Assembly: GCA_000002445.1 (NCBI GenBank)
Contig: CH464491.1
Coordinates: forward strand, 1,856,001-1,920,000
DNA: 64,000 bases
Reading direction: 5' to 3'
Source of the DNA: Trypanosoma brucei
Taxonomy: Eukaryota
The notes below the pieces were generated by a model, which made no database searches, was not told the origin of the DNA, and saw nothing but the letters and a program-made list of their open reading frames with translations. Position 1 is the first letter of the stretch. Every line of letters starts with the position of its first letter. Positions 1-11,702 of this stretch are shown one piece after another. Both the position numbers and the translations under genes were made by a program.

Positions 1-2489
1 CGCGCTGTTGAGGCGGCGGGCCTTTCCTTTGACACCTTCGCCCTCTTCGTCGGTACGGCCCCGTCTTCTTCGCTGCCCCCTTCTCGTTTTCTCTTTCGAC
101 CCTCAGCAGTTTCTCCCGCGTGCACTGGGGGTTCGTTGTTGGGTGCAGGCCGCTTATCCGCAGACGAAGGATCAGACGCGAACAGTTGTCGCCGTTCTTT
201 CCGAACTTCCGCGAGGCAGCTGCTCAGCATCTGCCCGTCCTCTGGTTTTGCCGCTCCCAACGACACAATATCTTCCGATTCAATGGCAAGTCCTTGCGCG
301 TGACCCCGAGCACCTGCAACACCTCTTGAGTTTGTTTGACCGCCGCACTTAACCTGAATTCTGCCAAGTCGGTCAACGCCCTGCACCACTATGTCATCTA
401 AAAAGCTTCCCGCACAAACCGCATCAATGTCGACGTCATGTACGAGCACATCGTCGTGAAGACCAACATCCACAAAGGCACCGAACGTTGTGACACAACG
501 CACCACCCCCGCAAGTTTGTCCCCACATTTAATGTCTGCCGCTCTTGGGGCGCGACGGAAATGGCCGGCAAAAGGCAGTTCGGAGCGGGGATCTAAGGCC
601 GGTGTTGCCAGTTCATGGGCCAACAGTTCAAGCGTTGCCTTACCACATCCCAGGCGCTCCGTCAGTTCCTTCAATTCATTTTCCTTCATGTCAAGAAGTT
701 TACGCCCAATGTCGATCCGCTGTTGTCCCTTGAACAACTCGATCAGCCTCTGCACAATGGGATAGGACTCGGGGTGAATGTTAGAGCCGTCCAGTGGGTT
801 GGTGGAATTAGGAAACCGAAAGAAACCTGCAATTTGCTTGTAAACAGTTTCAGTCATCCCTGGAACGCGACGAAGGTCTTCCCGACTCATGAGCTTTTTG
901 GCGTGACGCGCGAGAACAATTTGGTCTACCATGCGCTTTGTCACACCCGGTATTTTTTCCATCACGTAGCGGTTTGCAACCATTGCGTTAACACCAACTG
1001 ATGCTACGCACGACTCCACCACTCGATTCAATGAGCGCGTCAGTTCGACCTCACTGATGTCATGTTGGTACATACCAATGCCCATTGATCGAACCGGAAC
1101 CTTTACCAGCTCACTCAACGGATCGATGACACGCCTGCCAATGCTCACCGCTCCGCGGTACATTGGGTCGAGGGTGGGAAACTCTTCCTTCGCGACATCG
1201 GAAACAGAGTAAACACTGGCGCCTGCTTCACTGACAATAGCATACTCGACGCTCAGGTTCTTCTCCTTGATGGTGGCGGCGACAACATCGGCCACGTCCC
1301 CCGAGGCAGTCCCGTTTCCGATAACAATTTTGTTAAGATTCATTTTCCCGACCGACCCACCGATATATTCTTTCATCTCATCCTTCTTCGACAAGGTGCA
1401 GCAAAAGCACGCAATAACACCGCCGTTTTCGTCTAGTGCAACACATTTAACACCCATTTTGAAGCCCGGGTCCATCGCAAGTATTCTCGCATCCCGCATT
1501 GGGCGCTGGAGGAGGATATGGCGAAGGTTGTGTGCAAAGACAGCCAGAGACTCTTTTATTGCACTCTTTTTGAGATCGCGCCGGACCGTCGCGTGCGTTC
1601 GCCGCACCACTTGTTTGCATGCCTCCTCAAGGCACTTCTGCAGAAGCTCCCCAGCTACTGAAGAAGTAGGTCTCCGCGCTCCATAAAATTTCCGACGAGC
1701 CCACGCAAAGAAAACATCCTTGTCCCTATTGCTTTCGGCCATTTTAACTTTCAACACACCCTCACTTTCGCCACGTTGCAGTGCCAGGAAATGGTGTGCA
1801 CTAATCCGTTGCACCGGCCACACCTTGCCACCATACCACTCAAAATGCTTCTTATTCTTTTCAAAAGAATCGGAATTCGCTGACTTTCCCCCAGGCTCCC
1901 CAGCAAGTGCACAACTAATGGTGCCGCTCCGCCTGCACTCCGTTAGCATGATCTGCCGTACCTCATCGCAACGCTGCACCTCCTCCACCACAATTGCCCT
2001 TAGCAACTTTTCACCGTCGTCCACGCAGCGCAGACGCTGCTGCACATCGTCGATGGGATCCGTCGTATACAACAATTTTTTCGCGAGAGGTTCCAGTCCC
2101 GCCTCACGCCCCCTATGTGCCAGACCCGTCTTCTTTTCTTTAAACGGCTCCCACGCATCCTCTAGCTGGTTCAAATGAACTAGCTTCTCAAAGGTCTCTT
2201 GAAGTTCCCTCGTAAGGAGGTTACGTTTCTCCAAACTTTTTAACATGAATTCGCGGCGTCGTTGCACTTCCCGTAGCTCCTCCGCCATATCAAGCAGCTG
2301 CCGGATTGTTGTCTCGTCGAGGTAACCTGTTTCGTCACGCCGATACCGCGCAAGAAAGGGCACAGTTGAACCTTTCTTAGTCTGCTCCACAACATAACAT
2401 GCAGAGCCTTGGGGTATGTTTAGCCGCTGTGAAATAATGCGGTACAAGTGTGTTTCGCTGTTGCCCGCCTTCTGTGCCTTGGTGGACAT
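1..2489 (-). CDS. Tex-like / SRBD1-family transcription accessory protein (HTH, YqgF RNase-H-like and HhH regions), C-terminal part lost at the window edge
   Basis: Translated by hand from the minus strand. The N-terminal HTH is present: MSTKAQKAGNSETHLYRIISQRLNIPQGSACYVVEQTKKGSTVPFLARYRRDETGYLDETTIRQL (the Tex TVPFIARYRKExTG motif). Further motifs: LEDAWEPFKEKKTGLAHRGREAGLEPLAKKLL, a YqgF-like core ILAMDPGFKMGVKCVALDENGGV, and SIGRRVIDPLSELVKVPVRSMGIGMYQHD near 1020-1100. The frame stays open to position 1, which explains its absence from the ORF track. An in-frame stop lies at about 2598-2600. Candidate starts are ATG at 2489..2487 or 2564..2562. Confidence 0.8.
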   Translation of the reverse strand, partial: MSTKAQKAGNSETHLYRIISQRLNIPQGSACYVVEQTKKGSTVPFLARYRRDETGYLDETTIRQLLDMAEELREVQRRREFMLKSLEKRNLLTRELQETFEKLVHLNQLEDAWEPFKEKKTGLAHRGREAGLEPLAKKLLYTTDPIDDVQQRLRCVDDGEKLLRAIVVEEVQRCDEVRQIMLTECRRSGTISCALAGEPGGKSANSDSFEKNKKHFEWYGGKVWPVQRISAHHFLALQRGESEGVLKVKMAESNRDKDVFFAWARRKFYGARRPTSSVAGELLQKCLEEACKQVVRRTHATVRRDLKKSAIKESLAVFAHNLRHILLQRPMRDARILAMDPGFKMGVKCVALDENGGVIACFCCTLSKKDEMKEYIGGSVGKMNLNKIVIGNGTASGDVADVVAATIKEKNLSVEYAIVSEAGASVYSVSDVAKEEFPTLDPMYRGAVSIGRRVIDPLSELVKVPVRSMGIGMYQHDISEVELTRSLNRVVESCVASVGVNAMVANRYVMEKIPGVTKRMVDQIVLARHAKKLMSREDLRRVPGMTETVYKQIAGFFRFPNSTNPLDGSNIHPESYPIVQRLIELFKGQQRIDIGRKLLDMKENELKELTERLGCGKATLELLAHELATPALDPRSELPFAGHFRRAPRAADIKCGDKLAGVVRCVTTFGAFVDVGLHDDVLVHDVDIDAVCAGSFLDDIVVQGVDRLGRIQVKCGGQTNSRGVAGARGHAQGLAIESEDIVSLGAAKPEDGQMLSSCLAEVRKERRQLFASDPSSADKRPAPNNEPPVHAGETAEGRKRKREGGSEEDGAVPTKRAKVSKERPAASTA

Positions 2490-3460
2490 CGCGCGCAACG
2501 AAAAGGTAACCGCTAGTACTGACCTTGGGTGCGCTGGTACAATTCTTTTAACGTACCGCAGCATAATCGAGGAGGAAAGGACGTTACACGGCGGGGAGCA
2601 GATCGATCAAACAAATGACACAGGGTGCTTTCCCTCAGCCGAAGGGATACGCACAAAATACAAATGTGTGCGTGGTCGACAGCCTTAAAACTATTAATAT
2701 GATCTTCCCCTGGTGTTACTTATCCGTCCTGTGGAGGCGTCCACGCCAGCCTACCCTTCAACAAACAGAGTTCACCTGCCAGGGAGGAAACGAAATAGAA
2801 ACAAGAACTCCAGTGTTTGATTCCTTTGGTTTGATTTGTTTGCACGAGGATAGAACAGGGGTTAAAAGTAGCAATGAGCGCACGCAGAAACATTAGTCTT
2901 ACTTCGTACAAACGGTCACCCCCCCCTCACACACCAGCTACATTGAGGGTTACATCGGAAAAAGTACAGCTGCGGTGCCACCAGGACACCCGGAAACCGA
3001 TGGCGCGGTAGCATCTTGAGGGGAAGAGGAGGCACAGTGTTAAAAAACGCACCACAAAAAGGGGAATAATGTGCCAGTAGGATCCGGTCGCAACGTGAAA
3101 CTGAAGGCGACGCCCTCCACTTCACGCCCCAGCACCTCCCTCCCCCAAATAAAAAACGTTCGGTAGGCTTGCTACACGAGGTAGGCAATCTTTAATCGCT
3201 TCGGAAATTGCAAACACACCCACACTCTCGTGGGGACCGACGGCGGAGAGTTTACACACTGCGATAACCTGCAGGTGATGGTTAAATTGAATGATGTTCA
3301 GCAGGGAATGGGGGCAGTGATGAAGTCCGGTACCGCAGTAGATATAGAGAACGTCATCGCTTTGAGAGATTTTAGGTTGTTTCCCAACTGGATCCCCTTA
3401 TCCACAAGCATATTACAATTCCCCACCATTAAAGAAATGCAGAACCCACCCAATTCTGCC

Positions 3461-5275
3461 CTACAGACCATCTGCCGTCATGCCCAGCACGTCCAGTTGG
3501 ATGATGTCTGTTCTACCATTCAGCAGCTGACCTAAATGTGGAACGGTCCTTCCCATATCCCCATGAACAAACTCCTTCACATAGGTGCCAGCCTGAGTCT
3601 CTAAGTCCATCAGGAACCAGTGAGCATTTAACGGCACCAATTGAATACGGTGAATAACTCGGTTACGTGACTGCAACGATCGCCTATGTAGTACACGCAC
3701 GGGGGTGCGTTGTTCGACAACTAGGTCACACACAGCGTTCGTTGCCTGAAAATGTCTATCTTTCTCCGGCTCAGGTATTGATCTGCTGCACCACACAACA
3801 CAACGGTACCTCTTCACCTTGCTCTGCGAGTGATGAGCCATGCGGAGAAGTATACCAGCATCTGTTATGCGTAATTCTGATATTTCCACGCTTCCCTCCT
3901 CGCTGGTATTAACCACAGCTTCCAGAGATGCCAAATCCTCCGGTGACGCGCGTTCCCTGCTGGGCGATATGACTTCGAGAACGAAGGGCCGCCCACTTCC
4001 GAGCATACGTACATCCACATCTTCCCGCCCAGCGCTATGAAACTTGTACCGTCCGTAGCCGAAGACGCGTTCGGATGCCGTGCGGTGCGGATTCAGCTTT
4101 TCCACTCCGGGATGTTGTTGGTCAGCTTCCAACACCTCACGCCGGGGACGCTTCACGCTTTGGCATGCGGCATCTTTCATTGGCCCTTCCCACGGTAGGG
4201 ACGTTACACCTTCGGGGAAAAAGAAGGGCAACACCGGATCGGCAATCGCTTCCTGTAGAGAGTACGAGCCAACACGTTTTCCATTAACAAACCAAGGGGA
4301 CTGTGAGAGATCCCGCCTCGTTTTGCGGTAGTTTCCGATCAACATGATATTGGAGTGCTGCAGGGAACAAGCCAGTGTTGCTGGTTCACAGATCAAAAAA
4401 TTGCCACTCCGTCCCACATCAGCAGCATCTCCGGTCCAACATCCAGTAGCATTCAAGTAAGGAAACACGTAGTCATATATAACACTGTACGTCAGCACCC
4501 CTTCGCTCCGGTTGCTACAGTACTGCAGTGGTACCGCAGTCCCGTTGGTAAGGTTCTTTAGTTGGTGATGCTCAGCGGCTATGTCCGCAACGAGGCCCTC
4601 GTTATCGGGGCTGTATACAAACGCCTGTTGTACCTGGGGTTCAGTTACACCGCCGTCACTTCCGGCACGACGAGTGATCTCCTGCATGTAGGCCTTATAC
4701 CCAACAAGCGTCTTCACTTTGGATAACTCAGAGTGCTCACGCACAAGGTACTGCAGAACCCGCGCCCGCAGGTCACTCATGTAGAAATCCTTGAAGTTGG
4801 CGTGCTCTTCTGGCACCAACGCTGTGGGATTTGGTTTCTCATTCTCCCTTCCACTTACACCGTGAAAGATTGCAGCCACTGCCAACCACAAAAATGATAC
4901 GCTCCGGTGAACACTCACATTCACGGAAAGGCGGCTCGAGTCGATGAACCTACTTGTGCGAATTGTCGCGGCCACAACTGGGGCGTGGACGGCATCCAAA
5001 AACTGGTAAAGTCCCAAGCACGCACAGCAGAGACTGTGCCTCTCATCGGCCGCCGTAGTGCTCTCTCCGTTATCTTTTGCCTTTCGAAAGTACCGCAGAG
5101 CACTCTCCGCCGTTTCGTAAACAATTGAAAAGCGTGGGTGATACGTTTCGTCGAGGAGCCTACCGTTCCCACAGTGGTCAGAGCGCGTCTGTACTGGGGG
5201 CTGCGGTGGAGGTACCTGATGCATGATCGACATCCGAAGGGCACATGAGTGACACAGCACATTTTTTTGTGTCAT
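3461..5275 (-). CDS. PUS10: tRNA pseudouridine synthase Pus10 (THUMP plus catalytic domain)
   Basis: 604-aa ORF. Motifs typical of the Pus10 catalytic core: FGYGRYKFHSAGREDVDVRMLGSGRPFVLEVISP, PVRVLHRRSLQSRNRVIHRI, QAGTYVKEFVHGDMGRTVP. Confidence 0.7.
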   Translation of the reverse strand: MTQKNVLCHSCALRMSIMHQVPPPQPPVQTRSDHCGNGRLLDETYHPRFSIVYETAESALRYFRKAKDNGESTTAADERHSLCCACLGLYQFLDAVHAPVVAATIRTSRFIDSSRLSVNVSVHRSVSFLWLAVAAIFHGVSGRENEKPNPTALVPEEHANFKDFYMSDLRARVLQYLVREHSELSKVKTLVGYKAYMQEITRRAGSDGGVTEPQVQQAFVYSPDNEGLVADIAAEHHQLKNLTNGTAVPLQYCSNRSEGVLTYSVIYDYVFPYLNATGCWTGDAADVGRSGNFLICEPATLACSLQHSNIMLIGNYRKTRRDLSQSPWFVNGKRVGSYSLQEAIADPVLPFFFPEGVTSLPWEGPMKDAACQSVKRPRREVLEADQQHPGVEKLNPHRTASERVFGYGRYKFHSAGREDVDVRMLGSGRPFVLEVISPSRERASPEDLASLEAVVNTSEEGSVEISELRITDAGILLRMAHHSQSKVKRYRCVVWCSRSIPEPEKDRHFQATNAVCDLVVEQRTPVRVLHRRSLQSRNRVIHRIQLVPLNAHWFLMDLETQAGTYVKEFVHGDMGRTVPHLGQLLNGRTDIIQLDVLGMTADGL

Positions 5276-6450
5276 ATGGGTGTCAGAAACCTCAGCGCTA
5301 CGGGTAGTTTTGGGTGTTGATAGCCAGTAAAAAAAAAAAAAGCAATATCACCCCATAGTGATGGTGAAGTGGAAATATAAAAAAATAATGAAAAGAGAAC
5401 AGGGTATATCCGAGCGGAATAGCCACCATGGAAAGCAAGTGTTACTAAGTGATCTGTCAAAGGGCTTTTCACCTGAACAGAAATATTTAAAAAAAATACG
5501 AACATATACTACTCACCGTATGCTTGGACTAAATCGCGGTACAAGCCACCCAAAAAAATAGTCAGCTACCTCCTCGGTAGGCGGTGAGCGAAGCGCTCAC
5601 ATGCTGTCAGAGTGATAGAATGGTAAAAATAAAAAAGTAAAAGATGGAGTAGTTGATTGACGTTTTTCCCTTTTCTTTTTTTCTAATTCGCACTCGTGCG
5701 TCTGCTTCGCCTTTCGATCCTTGTTCCTTTAAGAATGGATCAGGTCGATTGGGAGAAATGTTAAATTTAGTAGTAATCAGAAAGGTGGGAGACACTAAAA
5801 TTAAAAGCTAATAAAAGAAAAAAAATAAGAATGATAGCAGGAACGGTAACTATTGTAATGACGAGCCCGACTCAGGTGGTTCCCACCACCCTTGGGTTAG
5901 GCACCCGTTTTCGTGCTCGTGTTTGTTCGTGCCACAATAACGCACGACAGAATCCATCCACTACAGCATACGGCTCAAATGTTTTGTGGACACGTTTGTG
6001 TGCACATTTACTACCATCTCCCCTTTTTTCGATAGGTCCCTATTATCTACGTGTGTGTCATGGTTGCCTTTGTTGGTGTCGTTGAGGTAAATGAGCGCAG
6101 GCTTGCCGTGGTAAAACAAAAACACCGTTCCCCCTCCTCCCTCCACCAGCCTCCCATCACACAGTCATATGTACTGAAGGCGAGCTCAAAGCCTTCCTTG
6201 ATTCACTCTGAAGTCCTTCCACTCAGTAGTAAGTGGGAAATAGTGCGCTCCGGCGTTGCTTAGTCCCAGTTGCGCCGGTTGTTTGTCTGTTTTTTTCGCC
6301 GCGGAGACGTGTGCCTTCAGGGCATTCGACTCAGGAAAGGAAGGTTAACGGTCGGTCAACACAGCCGTGTGTCTCAGTGGTTATTCTCTTCCTATGTGTA
6401 CGCCCCCCTCCGTATCTAACAATGGTATGAGATCCTCGATATGCCTAACA

Positions 6451-7974
6451 CTACTGTTTTTCATCCTCGCTCAGAGTGCCTGTTACTATTCTCCCGTAAA
6501 AGTCCTCTTTCCGCACCAGTTGGCAATAGACAAGCGAAATGACCATTACAACCCCAAGTACTGAGAGGTTTACGATAACCGACTGCGTACTTTCCACCAT
6601 ACCCAGGACGATGAGTCCAGCGAAAAGTATCATTGGAATAATAAGCAAGTACAGTAGCTTCCCCTCAAAAGGAGCTCTGAACGGCCGCTTGAGATGCGGA
6701 TGGCGGTGGCGTATGACCAGGAAGGCAATAAAGATCATAAGCACCCTCAACCCGTAGAGCACTTGATCAACCTTCACGAGCGGTCCAAATTCGAGGAAGA
6801 CGCCGAACAATGCGCTTAATACTGCATTTAGGGTTAGGGTCCAATGATAAGTGCCGAAACGCTTGTTCCGTTTATACAAGACCCGATTAATCGGCCCGGG
6901 AAATGCTTCCGTGTAGGCAACACCTGCGATGATTTGTGTTGTTGTGCAGAAAGAAGAGAGCAGTAAGGCATGTGCAGACAGCGCGCTAGCAACAACCATA
7001 AATACCCTTAGTGGCACACCTCCCACACTGAAGGCGACGTCCGACCAGAAACCTGTTACCCACTGTGACAAATCAGGTAGGCCTTCTCGTATGCTTGCTC
7101 CAGTGAGTATTGGGGGAATGTACGTAAGGTAGGCAAGTCCCAGAAGAGGCGCAAGCGCGCGGATGAAGGTTCGTCGAGGTGCCTTGGTCTGTTCAATAAC
7201 CGTGGCGGCTTGCTCCAACCCACAAAGGTTCCACGAGGTAGTTGTTATGAATGTCGCCCAATCAATAGATGGGGGAATGTAGCTTATCGCCGGCCAGTTG
7301 AGGTAAAAATTGCTCTTGATCATATGCATCGAAAATAACGTCAAAAACGGTGCGACCGTCACAATAGAGAGTGCGATACTCAATTTTCCAACAGCCTGAA
7401 CTCCCACCATGTTCAACGTGTACGTCACCAGCACCATGCCCAACCGAAGCAGTTTACTGATCGTGTCAGAACAAGGGACTGCAGTGCACACGTACTCAGA
7501 TATGAGCACGGTATAAAGTGCATTGTCGATGAAAATGAGCAGGAAAGTCAGTAATACCATCGCGAAGTAAACAACACGATGGAATGAAACGTTGTACCAC
7601 ATTAAGAAGGCAGCGTTCGACGGTATGGCTGTTGCCAATTCCGCAACGACGATAGTCGTTGGCGCTGCCATGAGTAGGGGAACCAGAACAATAGAAATGA
7701 TACCAAGCAGTGGCCCTCCCCCGAGGACAGTTTCTTCAATAGCGTAAGCCCCAGAAGTAGTATACGCGTACATCAACCCCATGAGCATTGGTACTGAAAG
7801 ACTCCTCTTTGGAGCCCCTTTATCCAGGATGAATTGTTGCTCTCCGTCATTTGTCTGTCCTTCGACATCGGCCGAGGACTCAATTGGAGAGGCAGTTTCT
7901 TGTCGTTGACGAAAGATGTGGTAACGAGGGTGTTCGAAGTATTGATGTTCGTCCACGAATCCATCCCCAGCCAT
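6451..7974 (-). CDS. APC-superfamily amino acid/polyamine permease (multi-pass membrane transporter)
   Basis: 507-aa ORF with about 12 hydrophobic segments. N-terminal signature GGGPLLGIISIVLVPLLMAAPTTIVVAELATAIPSNAAF is typical of APC/AAAP transporters. Confidence 0.7.
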   Translation of the reverse strand: MAGDGFVDEHQYFEHPRYHIFRQRQETASPIESSADVEGQTNDGEQQFILDKGAPKRSLSVPMLMGLMYAYTTSGAYAIEETVLGGGPLLGIISIVLVPLLMAAPTTIVVAELATAIPSNAAFLMWYNVSFHRVVYFAMVLLTFLLIFIDNALYTVLISEYVCTAVPCSDTISKLLRLGMVLVTYTLNMVGVQAVGKLSIALSIVTVAPFLTLFSMHMIKSNFYLNWPAISYIPPSIDWATFITTTSWNLCGLEQAATVIEQTKAPRRTFIRALAPLLGLAYLTYIPPILTGASIREGLPDLSQWVTGFWSDVAFSVGGVPLRVFMVVASALSAHALLLSSFCTTTQIIAGVAYTEAFPGPINRVLYKRNKRFGTYHWTLTLNAVLSALFGVFLEFGPLVKVDQVLYGLRVLMIFIAFLVIRHRHPHLKRPFRAPFEGKLLYLLIIPMILFAGLIVLGMVESTQSVIVNLSVLGVVMVISLVYCQLVRKEDFYGRIVTGTLSEDEKQ

Positions 7975-8216
7975 TTACCCTCTTACTCTTGGACGAAATC
8001 AAACCTTAACCCTTGGTTTCAGTTGTGTTCAGGACCTTTCTTCTACGGGGGAAAAAGAGCATGATACGAACAATGGAGCACCTACAGCAAGCAAGCTTTT
8101 CAGAGATAACCACAAACTAGTTGCTTTGTGCTTTTGATATCGGGTGACAATCAACAGATAACTTAGGTACCGAAGTATCGCCCCTCCGGACAGTGTTCCC
8201 ACTGACCCGGGAACGC

Positions 8217-8254
8217 AGACACACACACGCACAAATACACACAAACACAAACAC
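8217..8254. repeat. Imperfect (CA)n microsatellite
   Basis: acacacacgcacaaatacacacaaacacaaacac. Confidence 0.85.
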
Positions 8255-8476
8255 GTTAAACAGCGCCGTGTGCCGACATGTGTCCCACGTGAAAGTGCTT
8301 CCGAACTATTTTGCATGGCGAATCGGCGGTTATGTGTACCGTCTAGTCCCGCTGTAACGACGTCGCATTGGAAGAGATGCCAGTGCACATCACAGAACTT
8401 CTCATTCCATTAGATCGTACACTTTCCTGCGGGCTCAGTGGTGCGCACCCTCTGCTTCTGCAGTGAAACGCTGCCG

Positions 8477-8494
8477 GTGTGTGTGTGTGTGTGT
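8477..8494. repeat. (GT)n microsatellite
   Basis: gtgtgtgtgtgtgtgtgt. Confidence 0.85.
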
Positions 8495-8996
8495 TTGGGG
8501 AAGAGGTGAGTGAGAAAGAAGAGGGAACAGGAGTCATTTGATCCACGTCACGGCCTTTTGCCTTTGCTCAACCACGCCTCAGTGAAGAGAAATCAAATAC
8601 AAAGTTCCACCCTCTCGATTCTAGCAAGGACAGCAAGCAGAGGGGCGGGAGTTGCAACCACACCGGCTGCCAGCAGTTAAACTCCACGTGGCAGCTGACA
8701 ATACCCCATTATTTTCCATTTGTGAAGGGGAAGCTGGACGGCCGAGAGCACCACGTTCCACCCATGTAGAAAAATGTGCAATAGCTCGTTTGAAGCACAA
8801 AAAGTGACCCCCAGAATGAGCGCACCCTCAGATTCTTCGGGCGTTCACATACATAGAAGCGTTCCCACAACTTTTGTTCGCATACAGTGCGCTTTGCACC
8901 TGCGGAAACCATCGGCCAAACACGTCGGTTTAGCACGCTGACAGCAGACACACCTTGTGATCACACGCGATTTCAGAAAAACACGACCGCTGATCC

Positions 8997-10220
8997 CTAA
9001 GCATTCGCTCCTGATAGAAAGGGATGTTGAAGTAATTCAGCAGCCGTCGGTCTTTCAGTAGAATTCTTCAGAAGACACAAGGTAACAAAATCCTTCAGTT
9101 TGTCAGAATAGCTCTGCCCAGAGCCCTGGTCAAATTCGTCCAACACGGGACCGAAAGAGTTGGACGAGGATTGCCGATAGCCGTGCAATATCATTGACGG
9201 GATCTGCAACTCCAGAGGAGTCCACGGCAACCTCCCGGTTGATAGCTGGTACGTCAGCACGCCCACAGACCAGATGTCATTGGTGTATAGAAAGGGAATA
9301 CCCCGGCAACTTTCAGGGGACATGTAAGGTGCCGTACCATATATACCTTCCCGTCTGCCCACCCCTTCTTTCTTGACCGTTTTCCATTCTTCCAAGCCAC
9401 TCCCTTCCAAACAGCGTAGGCAAGGGCACATACAATCCACGTCCGACAACTTGTATCGCACCTCCCCGGCGCCCGCGCCCCCAAACAGGAGTATATTCTG
9501 GGGTTTAACGTCATTGTGTACTGCGCCAACAACGTCATGCATGTATTGCAGCGTACGGAGAACATCTAGGAGAACTGTCCGAACAACGCTGTCATTCAGC
9601 CTCTCCCTGCGCTTCAGGAGGGCATCCAAGGTCCCGCCGGAAGCGAGCTCCAACGCGGCGTACATGTCGATTCTTCCATCCTTCGTGCCATTTGCTGGAA
9701 AAAGCCCGGTGTAATAGCATCGAACAAATCCGGGGTGTGCGATACTGCGCCACAAACGCACAATGGCTATCAACCTATCAATCTCCTCAGCTCTGGTCAG
9801 TTGCAGCCGAGTTGCCTTCACAGCGACATGGTGTTCCTTCCAGCCATCAGTGGGTCTGGAGATAGTTCCGAGATACACAACTGAATTTGCTCCCTTCCCC
9901 AGAAGCTTAAACTGATGCTTCACAACAACAAGCTGTGACTCATCCCTAAACTCAAATGCCGCTACGGATGTTTCCGGTGTCTCGGAGGGTGTGGTGACCT
10001 TTACTTCTTCCACTTTGAACAGCGGGAAGAGGGACTCCTCCTCATCCTGTGCGCCTTCCTCTGCTCCCGTGGGGTGCGCGTCCACTCGTTCTTGCGGCAG
10101 TTCACACACCCCTTCGGGAGGTTCGGCACATGCTTGGGGAAGCTCTAGGAGCCGGGCTTTCACCTCCTGTAGCCGGCGCTCTAGTTCAACAAATCCCGTC
10201 GCACCATCGTCTCGTTCCAT
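8997..10220 (-). CDS. Ser/Thr protein kinase (kinase domain in the C-terminal two thirds)
   Basis: VAVK (subdomain II Lys), HNDVKPQNILL (catalytic loop), GTAPYMSPE (activation segment/APE), DIWSVGVLTYQLSTGRLPW (subdomain IX). Confidence 0.85.
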   Translation of the reverse strand: MERDDGATGFVELERRLQEVKARLLELPQACAEPPEGVCELPQERVDAHPTGAEEGAQDEEESLFPLFKVEEVKVTTPSETPETSVAAFEFRDESQLVVVKHQFKLLGKGANSVVYLGTISRPTDGWKEHHVAVKATRLQLTRAEEIDRLIAIVRLWRSIAHPGFVRCYYTGLFPANGTKDGRIDMYAALELASGGTLDALLKRRERLNDSVVRTVLLDVLRTLQYMHDVVGAVHNDVKPQNILLFGGAGAGEVRYKLSDVDCMCPCLRCLEGSGLEEWKTVKKEGVGRREGIYGTAPYMSPESCRGIPFLYTNDIWSVGVLTYQLSTGRLPWTPLELQIPSMILHGYRQSSSNSFGPVLDEFDQGSGQSYSDKLKDFVTLCLLKNSTERPTAAELLQHPFLSGANA

Positions 10221-11646
10221 TTTTTAGTCATTCCACTATGATTACGCGTGAAGAAAGGAAAAGGCAGCGTACATGCACATTCCAATACTTATATTCGGAC
10301 GATATGACTTCGAGGTTGCGGTGCAGCCTTAACTTATTTGTAACCCCTTAGCACAGAAGCATTTGTGTGTGCCCTCAGCTCGTTCGTTTGAGAATAAAGG
10401 TGGAAACTGGACTGAAAAAAAAAATCCACATTACAATACAGGCCAGTCAGCTGGCCCACCATCTTCTTCAGCGCAACCGAACGTTACGACATATGGTCGC
10501 TTGCCTCTGCGAATAGAAAGCCATCTGTTTCGGGCCCGCCTTTCCAATGAAGAGCGGCCTGCACTCAACAGCCAGCCATGTCGCACTGCATCCCGATGGG
10601 CACGCCCGAAGTGGGTATCTGGAAACTACAGCGTTGATACGGACGCCAGTGTAGGACAAAGAGAGTGTTTACCGCCCTGTACAGTCAGTTGGGGCTGCGG
10701 CCCGTGATTTTTCAGCGTTCGAGCCAAATGACCTGCGTCGACCGGTTAGGTCACATCCTAAGCAATACTGTCGCATAAGTGGGACGGATTCGCACCACAC
10801 ATCACCGTTATAAACGTATAGCTCCCCCTCACCGTTGACGAGATGTTACCCTCGGCACAGAGAAAGAGCTGGGGTTGTGCGCAGCACCCTAATACTCAAC
10901 AACAAATTATCCTTCACGACGAAAGCACAGGCAGCTAGACAGCGGTCGAAACTATCACATCCAAGCCTATACAAATCATCGCACCACCGCTTCGCACAAC
11001 ACACTTACGCGGACATATTGTGTTAACGCACTCAGGGACGACCTCCATCGTGTACCGTCCGGGAGACGGCGCTATGTCGCACCCGTAATGCTGTGGGAAA
11101 TATCGCAAAAAGCTCGACCTAAAACAGTTAAGTTCGATGTACACGGAAGGAGGTGCCTGATAACTGACTCCCAACCCTTCATGTCCCTCCGCTCCAGTAG
11201 CTAGAAACCACGAGAATCGGTGGTAATGATTGCTGGTCGGCTCCCTCGCCTCAACGTATGAGTCAAGGAAAATCAAAAAGTACAGGCTTTGTTTGACAGG
11301 TGCAGGTGAGAGATTAGACAGTGAACATCGCAAACAAAGTGCCAACGGTGAATGTGAAACCCCACAGGGGCTGCGAGCGATCTGATTATGTGGCACACGC
11401 GCAACCACAGGGAAAGTTGTTTTGTACTCGGTACTGATTACCACAAGAATAACGATATTTGTAACACTCCGTAATTTCCTATAAAACAGAAGCAAGGGGG
11501 AATGGGGAAGTGAGAAGAAATGCTTTTTTTCTTTTTTAAAACCACGCAACCAGCACACTACTTTGCGGAAACTAGCGTAGGAGAGGGGACCCTCACGACA
11601 GCCCCTTCCTGGAAGAAAATTTATTCTTTTCCCAGCGGAAATATTT

Positions 11647-11662
11647 CCCTAACCCTAACCCC
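11647..11662. repeat. Short interstitial telomere-like repeat (CCCTAA)2.5
   Basis: ccctaaccctaacccc, the complement of the TTAGGG telomeric hexamer, lying just downstream of the small ORF 11703-12101. Confidence 0.6.
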
Positions 11663-11702
11663 ACCACATTAAGCATATCCTTATCTCGGTACCCCTTCGC
11701 GA

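Noticed and set aside
490-2178. Plus-strand ORFs 490-765, 615-1001, 1267-1686, 1720-2178 listed in the track
   Set aside because: They are antisense to the well-supported Tex-like gene on the minus strand and have low-complexity, non-protein-like translations.
10935-11558. 207-aa minus-strand ORF
   Set aside because: Cys/Ser-rich, no recognisable domain, and it begins in an oligo-A tract. Probably UTR sequence between the kinase and the small ORF.
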